Source: Chiloscyllium plagiosum
Taxonomy: Eukaryota
Length of the DNA: 20,000 nt
Assembly: GCF_004010195.1 (NCBI RefSeq)
Contig: NC_057753.1
Span: 12,068,852-12,088,851, forward strand
Direction of reading: 5' to 3'
The notes under the pieces are model-generated. The model saw nothing but the letters and a program-made list of their open reading frames with translations. It ran no database searches and had not been told where the DNA came from. This document shows positions 1 to 8,739 of this stretch, piece by piece. Within the stretch, counting starts at the first letter, position 1. The number at the start of each line of letters is the position of its first letter. The translations under genes and the position numbers were made by a program.

Positions 1-109
1 AGAGTCTTCAAACATTTTGAAGACATATTACGGACGTGTAAAGGAGCTGAAGGTTAGCAGGCTGGGTAAGCACCTGGAGTAATTAGGTCAGCCGTGATCT
101 TATTGCTTA

Positions 110-401
110 TCATTTAAATAGAGAAAAACTGCAGCACCAAATGGACTTGGGAGTACGAGCACATGAAACACAGAAAATCACACACAAGGGTAACAGAATG
201 TTGGCCCTTATTTCAAGGGGGTTTGAGTATAAGAGTAGCGGAGTCTGTACAAGGTGCTGGTGAGACCACACATGGAGTACTGCTGGCAGTTTTGGTGCCT
301 TTATTAAAGCAAAGGTTTCATTTCACTGGAGGAAGTTCAGGAAATGTTCACCAGGGTGATCCCTGGTTATGGAGGGATTGCCTCATGAGCAAAGTGGTTG
401 G
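110..401 (+). mobile_element. Old CR1-clade LINE ORF2 C-terminal fragment, left part; continues at 1612-1932
   Basis: ctgtacaaggtgctggtgagaccacacatggagtactgc reads LYKVLVRPHMEYC, the CR1 LYxxLVRPxLEYC motif. Homologous to 2754-2800 in this window. Boundaries approximate. Confidence 0.75.
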
Positions 402-496
402 CGGTGTGGAAACAGGCCTTTCGGCTCAACTTGACCCGCCGCCCCGTTTTTCACAATTTAAACTAGTCCCGTTCGCCTGAGCTTGGTCCGTGTCCC

Positions 497-692
497 GCAG
501 AAAGTGAGGACTGCGGGTGCTGGAGATCAGAGTCGAGAGCGTAGTGCCGGAAAAGCACAGGCAGGTCAGGCAGCATCCGAAGGGCAGGAGAATCAACGTC
601 TCAGGCGTAAGCCCTTCTGCCCGAAACGGCGATTCTCCTGCTCCTCGGATGCTGCCTGACCTGCTGTGCTTTGCCAGTACTACGCTCTCGAC
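497..692. mobile_element. Penelope-like terminal-repeat fragments arranged as a fold-back inverted repeat
   Basis: Arm 532-606 is an imperfect reverse complement of arm 619-692. Both match the repeats at 5080-5222, 5960-6138 and 19845-20000. Flanked by a degenerate 15-bp direct repeat (482-496 cttggtccgtgtccc, 693-707 ctcggtccatatccc; 12/15). Confidence 0.75.
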
Positions 693-903
693 CTCGGTCC
701 ATATCCCTCCATCCCTCTCCCCATCCACACATCGGTCCAAATGTTTCTTAAATGCCATAGTTGTACTCGCCTCCACCACTCCCTCTGGCAGCCCGTTCCA
801 GACACTCAGCACCCTCTGTGTGAAAAACAAATTGACCCCCAGGACCCTTTTATATCTCTCCCTGTCACCTTTAACCTATGCCCTGTAGTTTTAGACTCCC
901 TAC

Positions 904-1554
904 TGTGAGAAACAAAGCTCACTCACTTTAATAATTTCAGTCCGAGACAAGATCTGAAGCAATCAGTATATTTATTATATGCTTGCAAGTGTGGTGCCTG
1001 GAATAGGGCATACAGAGTTTAGCAAGTACATATCTTATATAGGATTCACCACTCCAAACCCGGTGCCCATTACTATTGTTTATCTCTTGCCTTGTGCATA
1101 ACAAGGTACAAGTTTTACTCAGCCATTTCACCACACCCTGCTGTGGCCCATTGTTAGGTATATCCTTCTTCGTGATTATCTACTTCCCCCACTTATGCCA
1201 CTTCCTCCCTTTCCCAAACCATATTAATCCTTACGACCTTTTAATTGGGGTTTGTTTTTGTGTTTTTGCAAAAGTGGGAAACAGATGCTTATAACTACTG
1301 CTTGTGCAAGCACATCTGGCTTAACCTACATCCTCACAGCACCTTATCTGTTTGTCTACCATTGTTAGCAGGCACGTTTCATTCTTGCATTCACATTTTA
1401 GCTAATACAAAAACAATTATATATTTCCTCCACATAGTTTTCATTCTTGTTGACTCAGCTCTTGGCTGAAACAATTATACACTGGTGTGAGTGCATTTAC
1501 CTTGCATCAGTAATTGTAATTGCAGAAGTAACACTACTTTACCTATATCCCACA
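904..1554 (-). mobile_element. Probable solo LTR (~650 bp)
   Basis: Interrupts a CR1 copy. Ends TG...CA with imperfect inverted termini (tgtgaga / tcccaca). On the minus strand TATATAAG (1034-1041) precedes AATAAA (971-976). No clean TSD. Confidence 0.55.
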
Positions 1555-1611
1555 AAACTGTGGGAAAAAGCTGTTGGCTATCTCCCTTATCTATGCCCCT
1601 CATGACTTTAT

Positions 1612-1932
1612 AGGTTGGAAATCTACTCACTGGAGTTTACAAGAATGACAGGCGATTCATTGAAACACATAGGATGGACAGGGTAAATGCTGAGAGGGTT
1701 TCCCCTCATGGGAGAGTGTAGGACCGGAAGACCTAGACTCAGGGTCAAGAGGCACCAATTTAAGACCCAATTTGAGGAGGAATTTCTTCTCTCAGTGGCT
1801 GGAGAGTCTTTGGCACTCCTTGCCACAGAGAGCTGAGGGAGCAGTCATAGAGATGTACGGCATGGAAACAGACCCTTCGGTCCAACCCGTCCATGCCGAG
1901 TCCTTGTGTAGATTTAAGACTGAGATTTGACA
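1612..1932 (+). mobile_element. Old CR1 3' region, continuation of 110-401, containing a ~55-bp antisense CR1/SINE tail at ~1845-1898
   Basis: tactcactggagtttacaagaatgacaggcgattcattgaaacacat and gaggaggaatttcttctctcag are CR1-like. The insert gtcatagagatgtacggcatggaaacagacccttcggtcc matches the tail at 10527-10570. Confidence 0.7.
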
Positions 1933-2107
1933 TGACATTTCCAGCATTCACTGTTGCTCTTCCTGACTCCAAGCAGAGACGTAAAGGGGCCTACCGTTCC
2001 ACAGAAGGATTCTGAACCATGAAAAATACAATTGGCTTGACACCGTCCTCAGGATTAACCCAGTCCTAGATGCAATTAACAGCAGTGTCAGAATCCAACA
2101 CTTGCTG

Positions 2108-2638
2108 TAGAATCATAGAGACGTACAGCACAGAAGCAGATCCTTTGGTCCAACTCGTCCATGCCGACCAGATATCTGAAATTAATCTAGTCCCATTTGC
2201 CAGCATTTGGGCCATATCCCTCTCAACCTTTTCTATTCATGTATCCATCCAGATGCCTTTTAAATGTTGTCATTGTACCAGCCTCCACCACTTCCTCTGG
2301 CAGCTCATTTCATACACGTACCACCCTCTGCATGAAAAAGATCCCCCTCAGGTCCCTTTTAAATCTGTTCCCTTTCACCGAAAACCTATGCCCTTTAGAT
2401 CTGGACTCCCCCACCCTGGGGAAAAAGACCTTGTCTATTCACCTTGCCCATGCCCCATAATTTTATAAAACCTCTCTAAGGTCACCCCTCAGCCTCCGAT
2501 GCTTCAAGGAAAACAGCGCCAGCCCATTCAGCCGCTCCCTGTAGCACAAACCCTCCAACCCTAGCAACATTCTTGTAAATCTTTTCTGTACCCTTTCAGG
2601 TTGCGCGACTTCCTTCCGATAGGAGGGAGACCAGAATT
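2108..2638 (-). mobile_element. CR1/HER1-type LINE, 5'-truncated 3' fragment
   Basis: Highly similar to 10525-10935 and to the reverse complement of 16945-17467. Confidence 0.9.
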
Positions 2639-2729
2639 AAGTCTTTGCGGAAGCTCGTGTTAAAATCTGTTTTCTTGTGTTGTCTCATCTCTCCCTAAAT
2701 CGAAGCAGGAGAGTCAGCGTTTGAAACAG

Positions 2730-3152
2730 GAGAGAAGCAAAGAGGTGCTTCTGCAGCTGTACAGGGCCCTGGTGAGACCACACCTGGAGTACTGTGTGCA
2801 GTTCTGGTCTCCAAATTTGAGGAAAGACATTCTGGCTATTGAGGGAGTGCAGCGTAGGTTCACGAGGTCAATTCCTGGAATGGCGGGATTATCTTACACT
2901 GAAAGACTGGAGCGTCTGGGCTTGTATACTGGTGGCTGTGTGGAATGCTCTGCCCCAGAGGGCAGTGGAGGCCCAGTCTCTGGATTCATTTAAGAAAAAG
3001 TTAGATAGAGCTCTCAAGGATTGTGGAATCAAGGGTTATGGAGATAAGGCAGGGACAGGATACTGATTAAGGATGATCAGCCATGATCATGTTGAATGGT
3101 GGTGCAGGCTCGAAGGGCAGAATGGCCTACTCCTGCGCCTATTGTCTATTGT
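2730..3152 (+). mobile_element. CR1 LINE 3' fragment with an internal deletion near 2930
   Basis: ORF 2721-2993 contains LLQLYRALVRPHLEYCVQFWSPNLRKDILAIEGVQRRFTR, then jumps to VWNALPQRAVEA. Ends in a ctattg-repeat tail. Confidence 0.9.
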
Positions 3153-3243
3153 ATTCTCCTGCTCCTCGGATGCTGCCAGACCTGCTGTGCTTTTCCAGCG
3201 CCACACATTTCATCTCCAGCAACTGCAGTCCTCACTTTCTCCT
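3153..3243 (+). mobile_element. Penelope-like terminal-repeat fragment (distal end only)
   Basis: attctcctgctcctcggatgctgccagacctgctgtgcttttccagc...gcagtcctcactttctcc matches 6040-6135. Confidence 0.75.
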
Positions 3244-3269
3244 TAGAACGAGGCAGGCAACTCTGCTCG

Positions 3270-4100
3270 GAAGGTTATGAATGAACTTGCCGAGGAATCT
3301 CACAATTCCAAAAGGTGATCAAATCACTCCCAACACAAGCCGGTACCAATGCAAAGCAGTCCCAACTTCATTGGGAGCAAAGTTACAATAACCTTTAATA
3401 CTAAACAATACTGTCTCTAATCCTGTTTGGCCCCGAAGGTTACAATACTTCCCGAGTCTTTTGTAGGTTTACGCAGCCACTCTCTCTCTGGCTGTGGGAC
3501 TGCAGAGTTGCTTCCTTCCTCTCTCCTTCTCTGGAGGGTCATCTGGTTCTCTGCCTCTTGCCTTGCTGGTCTCCTCAGAAGATTCAAGAGATTCCAAGAG
3601 ACCGGTCTGCAGGAGAACCCGGTTTTTATCCCTTTTTAGATGGTTTCCCCGGAACTTTCTGTAGTCCAGGCCAATCGGGGAGGTACACTTTATAGTTTGG
3701 CTTGCTAATGTTCGTTTCCTTGTGTAGCAGGACCACGTGCCTTTCTGTCTGGCCCTACTTTGTTTGGTGGACACGTTGTCGGGAATATGTCTGTCTTTTG
3801 CCTTTTACATTATGCCAATGTCATTTGGCCCTGGCTGCACTGTGTCTGGTGTGTGGGTTTTGCGATTTCAACGTTTGAATTGGCCAAAGTAACCAGCATT
3901 CCTTGCTGCTTGGCCAAATTAGTGTTCTATCTGTGTTTTCGCAGCCAGGAGGCTGCTATACCTGTCACACAGGTGGTAAGTGTGGTTGAGGGATATGATC
4001 CCGAATATGGAATATCCTGCAGTTTTGGTGCTATTTTGAGCTTCCTTAGAATCAATGTGACTCCCCGCCAGTGGCACACTGAGTAATTGCGAATTGTAAT
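3270..4100 (-). mobile_element. Possible LTR-like insertion, boundaries uncertain
   Basis: Non-LINE, non-coding block. Minus-strand order: CCAAT element (3671-3675), TATA-like GATAAAAA (3623-3630), ATTAAA (3394-3399). Termini and TSD not identified. Confidence 0.35.
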
Positions 4101-4274
4101 CCTAAAAGTTTAAGTTTAAAACTCTGAACTCTCCAGATCGATCTTAAATCTGTGTTCAGCTGATTACAGATAGAGACACTACAGTTTATCCAAGGCCTCT
4201 GGGTTGTCCAGGGGCATGTCCATAAGATGCATCATTCTTGATGGCTACCTGGTGATTACTGCATTTAGTGAAAT

Positions 4275-4420
4275 AAAAGACATTCGGACAGGTATATGAA
4301 TAGGAAAGGTTTAGAGGGATGGGGGCCAAATGCAGGCAATGGGAATAGTTCAGTCTGGGAAACTTGGCATGGACACATTGGGTTGAAGGATGTGTTTCTG
4401 TGCTGTATGACTCTTTGAGT
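4275..4420 (+). mobile_element. CR1 LINE extreme 3' end
   Basis: aaaagacattcggacaggtatatgaataggaaaggtttagaggga...tgtttctgtgctgtatgactct is the same tail as 17335-17467. Confidence 0.85.
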
Positions 4421-4445
4421 CATTATCTACCTGGTGTCTTTGAGA

Positions 4446-4497
4446 TGAGTGAATGTATGTATGTATAATGTATGTATATAACATCACACACACACAC
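4446..4497. repeat. Low-complexity (TATG)n/(CA)n microsatellite
   Basis: atgtatgtatgtataatgtatgtatataacatcacacacacacac. Confidence 0.7.
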
Positions 4498-5142
4498 CCC
4501 TCCACTGCATGAACTTGCTAGTGCCATGGCAGAGAGAATAGCCCAGTGAAACCTTTTCTCATACACAGTGGCCTCTACCCAGCGTGAGATCGCTGGTGTT
4601 TCAGCAGGTCGGATGAACAAGCGAATCCCTTCCCACACAAAGGAGCAGGTGAACTGCCTCTCCCTGGTGTGAACTTGCCGGTGTTTTTGCAGCTGCTTTT
4701 AAAGCTCTTCCCGCAGTCGGGACTTTTAAGTGTCCTCACGTTGGACTGGACGAGCTGGTGTCTCAGGTTAGGTTACGGGGAAAGTCCTGTCCCTGCACTC
4801 AGTGCAGATGAACCGGTCTCTCCCCGGTTATGAGCCCGCTGATGAATTTCTAATTGGATCCCTTTCCACAGAACACATGTTTCCAATGTTTCTCTGTGGT
4901 GGGAGGGTCTTTGTGTCTCTCCAGGTTGGATGATCAGTTGACAGCAGGTCAACACACAAGACATATTTACGGTTTCTCTCCACTGTTTTTCAGTGCGTAT
5001 AACTAGTTAAGGCCCCTTCCACAGTCCGTTTACTTGACTACTCTCACTTGGGAGTTTAACTGGTGAAAGCGCTTTTCAGAGCTGAAAATCTGTTGCTGGA
5101 AAAGCGCAGCAGGTCAGGCAGCATCCGAGGAACAGGAGAATC

Positions 5143-5170
5143 GACATTTCGGGCATAAGCCCTTCTTCAG
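5143..5170 (-). ncRNA. Minimal hammerhead-ribozyme-like motif (PLE-associated)
   Basis: Minus strand CUGAAGA-A-GGGC-UUAU-GCCC-GAAAU-GUC: conserved CUGAnGA and GAAA boxes, 4-bp stem II, GUC triplet. Confidence 0.6.
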
Positions 5171-5222
5171 GAATGAGGAGAGTGTGCCCAGCAGGCTAAG
5201 ATAAAAGGTAGGGAGGAGGGAC

Positions 5223-5879
5223 NNNNNNNNNNNNNNNNNNNNNNNNNNNNNNNNNNNNNNNNNNNNNNNNNNNNNNNNNNNNNNNNNNNNNNNNNNNNNN
5301 NNNNNNNNNNNNNNNNNNNNNNNNNNNNNNNNNNNNNNNNNNNNNNNNNNNNNNNNNNNNNNNNNNNNNNNNNNNNNNNNNNNNNNNNNNNNNNNNNNNN
5401 NNNNNNNNNNNNNNNNNNNNNNNNNNNNNNNNNNNNNNNNNNNNNNNNNNNNNNNNNNNNNNNNNNNNNNNNNNNNNNNNNNNNNNNNNNNNNNNNNNNN
5501 NNNNNNNNNNNNNNNNNNNNNNNNNNNNNNNNNNNNNNNNNNNNNNNNNNNNNNNNNNNNNNNNNNNNNNNNNNNNNNNNNNNNNNNNNNNNNNNNNNNN
5601 NNNNNNNNNNNNNNNNNNNNNNNNNNNNNNNNNNNNNNNNNNNNNNNNNNNNNNNNNNNNNNNNNNNNNNNNNNNNNNNNNNNNNNNNNNNNNNNNNNNN
5701 NNNNNNNNNNNNNNNNNNNNNNNNNNNNNNNNNNNNNNNNNNNNNNNNNNNNNNNNNNNNNNNNNNNNNNNNNNNNNNNNNNNNNNNNNNNNNNNNNNNN
5801 NNNNNNNNNNNNNNNNNNNNNNNNNNNNNNNNNNNNNNNNNNNNNNNNNNNNNNNNNNNNNNNNNNNNNNNNNNNNNNN
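5223..5879. other. Assembly gap (N run)
   Basis: Run of n. Confidence 1.
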
Positions 5880-6010
5880 CCGCCCCCACCCCACTCTGGC
5901 CTATCACCCTCACCTTGACCTCCTTCCACCTATCACATTTCCAACGCCTCTCCCCCAAGTCCCTCCTCCCTAGCTTTTATCTTAGCCGGCTGGACACACT
6001 TTACTCATTC

Positions 6011-6038
6011 CTGAAGAAGTGTTTATGCCTGAAACATC
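6011..6038 (+). ncRNA. Degenerate minimal hammerhead-like motif
   Basis: CUGAAGA-AGUGUUUAUGCCU-GAAAC-AUC; stem II is eroded relative to the other copies. Confidence 0.4.
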
Positions 6039-6571
6039 GATTCTCCTGCTCCTTGGATGCTGCCTGACCTGCTGTGCTTTTCCAGCAACACATTTTCAGC
6101 TCTGATCTCCAGCATCTGCAGTCCTCACTTTCTCCCCTAAAGCGCTTTTCAGTTCGCTGAAACACAATCACTCAGGTGTTTGTGTATGTTGGTGCTTTGC
6201 CAGTCAGAACGATGCTGAAATCTTCTCCCATAGTGAGCATGGAGAAACATTTCTCCTTTCACGTTCAATGACACACAATATTCACCTGAAGAATCGAGTC
6301 AGATCTTGGATGCAGCCTTTGTCTTAAATTTCTTCTCTCCAAAGTAAATCCTTCCAATCCCCTGTAAAATAAGTCGACAGTGTCAGGATCATGATAAACC
6401 CAGGTCAGAAATTCAGAACAGATAATTCTTATTTCTGCATTCTCTCCTCATTTGTTCCTGGAAGTTGTGATCCAATCAAACTACATGAAGCCGAATTCAG
6501 CAACAAAGTCTCGGATTAAGTAATTGAGAACATTTCTAAATAAATCAAAAAGATGCGTCTTTTTAAAAACG

Positions 6572-6688
6572 TATTCATGGAATGATGGCGTTGCTGGCTT
6601 GGCCAGTATTTATTGCTCATGCCCAGTTAGGTGTCAACCACACTGCTGTGGGACTGGAGTCACATGTTGGCCCAGACCAGGTAAGGAT
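6572..6688 (-). mobile_element. 3' fragment of the tRNA-derived SINE seen at 9672-10005
   Basis: gctggcttggccagtatttattgctcat...gtcaaccacactgctgtgggactggagtcacatg is the reverse complement of ~9880-9995. Confidence 0.75.
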
Positions 6689-6964
6689 TGCTGTTAAATC
6701 TGCAGCCAATTCAGCCATAATCTTAATGAATTACAGGCTCAATGGTGTACTCTTGCCCATATTTACAGTTCTCAACCATTGTGACTCATCCATGGAAAAT
6801 CCCCCTGCACCAGCACACTGGGGTCTGGTTCAACAAGACACTCCAGCGTCCCTGGTTTAACCAAGAGCAGGCCCTGGGGGAAATCCTCTGGTTCACATCC
6901 CTTGCCTCCATCCCCCATCCATTGTCACCATTGCCAAAATGCACACTTATGCACCAGGGGCATG

Positions 6965-7450
6965 GAGTTATGGAGTCATACAGCACGGAAACAGACCCTT
7001 TGGTCCAACCAGTCCTTGCCGACCATAATCGTAAACTATAACACTCCTACTTGCCTGTACTTGGCCCATATCCCTACAAACGTTTCTCATTCGTGTACTT
7101 ATCCAAATGTCTTTAAAATGTTGTAACTGTACCCACATCCACCACTTCCTCTGGAAGTTCATTCCAGGCATGAACCACACTGTGTAAAAACATGTCCCTT
7201 CGTGTTTTTTTACATCTTTCTCTTTTCACTTTTAAAGTTTGTTGCCAAGACTTGAAATCTTCCACCTTCAGGAAAAAAAGAGACCTGATATTCACCTTAC
7301 CTATACACCTCATAATTTTATAAACCTCTGTAAGGTCGCCCCTTCAACGTTCTACCCTCTGGGTTAAAAAAGGCCCAGCTTCACCTTACAACTCAAGCCC
7401 TCATTCCCAGTAAATCTTTTCTGAACCCTCTTCAGTTTAATAATATCCTT
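6965..7450 (-). mobile_element. CR1 LINE 3' fragment
   Basis: Minus ORF reads VVHAWNELPEEVVDVGTVTTF; CR1 tail gagtcatacagcacggaaacagaccc. Confidence 0.9.
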
Positions 7451-7587
7451 ATGTCACCTTGAGCCAAATGAACATCTTTTGTAGGGTTTGCAATCTCTGA
7501 CACAGAATGAATGCTTGGATCCTTGTCGCTGCAAACCTGCAGCCTGGTTGGAGGAAGAAAGCCCCTTTATCGGTCACGTGCATTAAG

Positions 7588-8275
7588 AATGGGAGTTGGG
7601 AGTCATGTTGTGGCTGTACAGGACATTGGCTAGGCCCACTTTTGGAATATTGTGTGCAAATCTAGTCTCCCTGCTATAGGAAGGTCGTTGTGAAACTTGA
7701 AAGGATTCAGAAAAGGTTTGCAAGGATGCTGCCAGGGTTGGAGGGTTTGAGTTACAGGGAGAAGCTGAATAGGCTGGGGCTGTTTTCCCTGGCGTGTCGG
7801 AGGCCGAGGAGTGACTTTAGATTAGATTAGATTAGATTACTTACAGTGTGGAAACAGGCCCTTCGGCCCGACAAGTCCACACCGACCCACCTAAGCGCAA
7901 CCCACCCAGACCCATTCCCCTAACACTACGGGCAATTTAGCATGGCCAATTCACCTAACCTGCACATTTATGGACTGTGGGAGTGCAGAGGTTTATAGAA
8001 TCATGATGGGCATGGATAGGGGGAGTCCGAGACTAGAGATTTAAGGTGAGAGTGGAAAGATTCGTGCAGAGGGGTGGTACGTGCGTGGGAATGAGCTGCC
8101 AGAGGAAGTGGTGGAGGCTGGTACAGTTACAACTTTTAAAAGGCATCTGAATGGGGACATGAATAGGAAGAGTTTAGAGGGATAGGGGCCAAATGCTGGA
8201 AAATAGGATTCGGTTAGGGTAGCTGGTTGGACAAGTTGCACCAAAGGGGCTGTTTCTGTGCTGTCCATCTCAAGC
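7588..8275 (+). mobile_element. CR1 LINE 3' fragment interrupted by a SINE
   Basis: Closely similar to 16895-17460; includes tggaatattgtgtgcaa and gggaatgagctgccagaggaagtggtggaggc. Confidence 0.9.
7818..7983 (-). mobile_element. 5'-truncated HE1/V-SINE-like element with (ATCTA)n tail
   Basis: (tagat)4 followed by CR1-derived tail gtgtggaaacaggcccttcggccc and core ggcaatttagcatggccaattcacctaacctgcacat...ggactgtgggag; antisense homolog of 17535-17600. Confidence 0.8.
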
Positions 8276-8280
8276 TGTTG

Positions 8281-8660
8281 GCCCGCCCACACCCGTGACG
8301 TCATCGCGCCATCCGCGCCTGCGCGCTGCGCCCAGCGATCCAAGATGGCGGCGGCTGACCAGAGCCGTCTCCCGGGTAACGGCCGCCATGCCGCAAAAAC
8401 GGGACCCGCAGGTCGTTGACCGAGGTTTGAAGCGTCTCATGAGCGGTTGCGAACCTTCGCGGTCCGGTCCACCCCACCCCGGCTCCGGCTCCGGGCGCTC
8501 CCTCTTCGGCCCCACGACCTTCCCCGCTCGCAGAATGAGACCAACGTCCCTGCCCATCACCGTCGCTGCGCATGCTCCAGAGCCTTGGGGCTGTGCCGCG
8601 CCTGCGCACTGCCTTCCTGAGTCCTGGATGGGGGCGCGCCATCAGCGCCGCAAGGGGTGA
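8281..8660. promoter_or_regulatory. CpG-island promoter
   Basis: Abruptly GC- and CpG-rich in a CpG-depleted background. GC box ccgccc 8283-8288; palindromic CRE TGACGTCA 8296-8303; NRF1-like GCGCCTGCGC 8315-8324 and 8598-8607, TGCGCATGCT 8567-8576; YY1 CAAGATGGCGGC 8341-8352; RFX X-box-like GTCTCCCGGGTAAC 8367-8380. Confidence 0.85.
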
Positions 8661-8739
8661 TGGGTAAAGAGCCAACCATTTGCACATTGGCCCCTTGGTG
8701 TGGGGCAAGCAAGAATTTAGGAGAAAAATCATAGTGTGA

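Larger units (their letters stand above)
404..1611 (-). mobile_element. CR1/HER1-type LINE 3' fragment, split by insertions at 497-692 and 904-1554
   Basis: Starts with the reverse complement of the CR1 3' tail (tgtggaaacaggcctttcgg). Minus ORF 426-830 begins FFTQRVLSVWNGLPEGVVEASTTMAFKKHLD. CR1 sequence resumes at ~1561 (gggaaaaag...ctatgcccctcatgactttata). Confidence 0.8.
5080..6138. mobile_element. Penelope-like element insertion with inverted terminal (pLTR-derived) repeats; interior hidden by an N gap
   Basis: 5080-5222 is the reverse complement of ~5960-6101. Perfect 14-bp TSD aaagcgcttttcag at 5066-5079 and 6139-6152. Both arms contain hammerhead-like cores. Confidence 0.8.
4500..6361 (-). 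pseudogene. Degenerate C2H2 (Kruppel-type) zinc-finger array exon, interrupted by a Penelope-like insertion at 5080-6138
   Basis: Manual minus-strand translation across frameshifts: SSNLERHKD; HQRAH/TGERP/FICTEC (~4845-4795); LKSPDCGKSFKSS/LQKHRQVHTRERQFTCS/LCGKGFACSSDLLKHQRSHAG*RP (4730-4569, TAG at 4575-4577); RKGFTGLFSLPWH*QVH. Splice acceptor cttattttacAG with AG at 6363-6362. Confidence 0.85.

Noticed and set aside
3427..4086. ORFs 3427-3639, 3469-3774 and 3760-4086 as possible gag/env fragments
   Set aside because: No recognisable retroviral motifs and no canonical ATG starts for the plus-strand ORFs.
5114..5958. Long ORFs of 232-271 aa (also 10887-11367)
   Set aside because: Artefacts of translating through N gaps.
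5080..6138. Class II TIR DNA transposon
   Set aside because: Arms are unequal, the same sequence occurs as unpaired fragments elsewhere (3153-3243) and carries hammerhead cores, which fits a Penelope-like element better.
8295..8732. Overlapping 96-143 aa ORFs on both strands, including a 90-aa ORF from the Kozak-like ATG at 8388
   Set aside because: Expected from stop-codon scarcity in a GC-rich island; low-complexity products with no recognisable domain.
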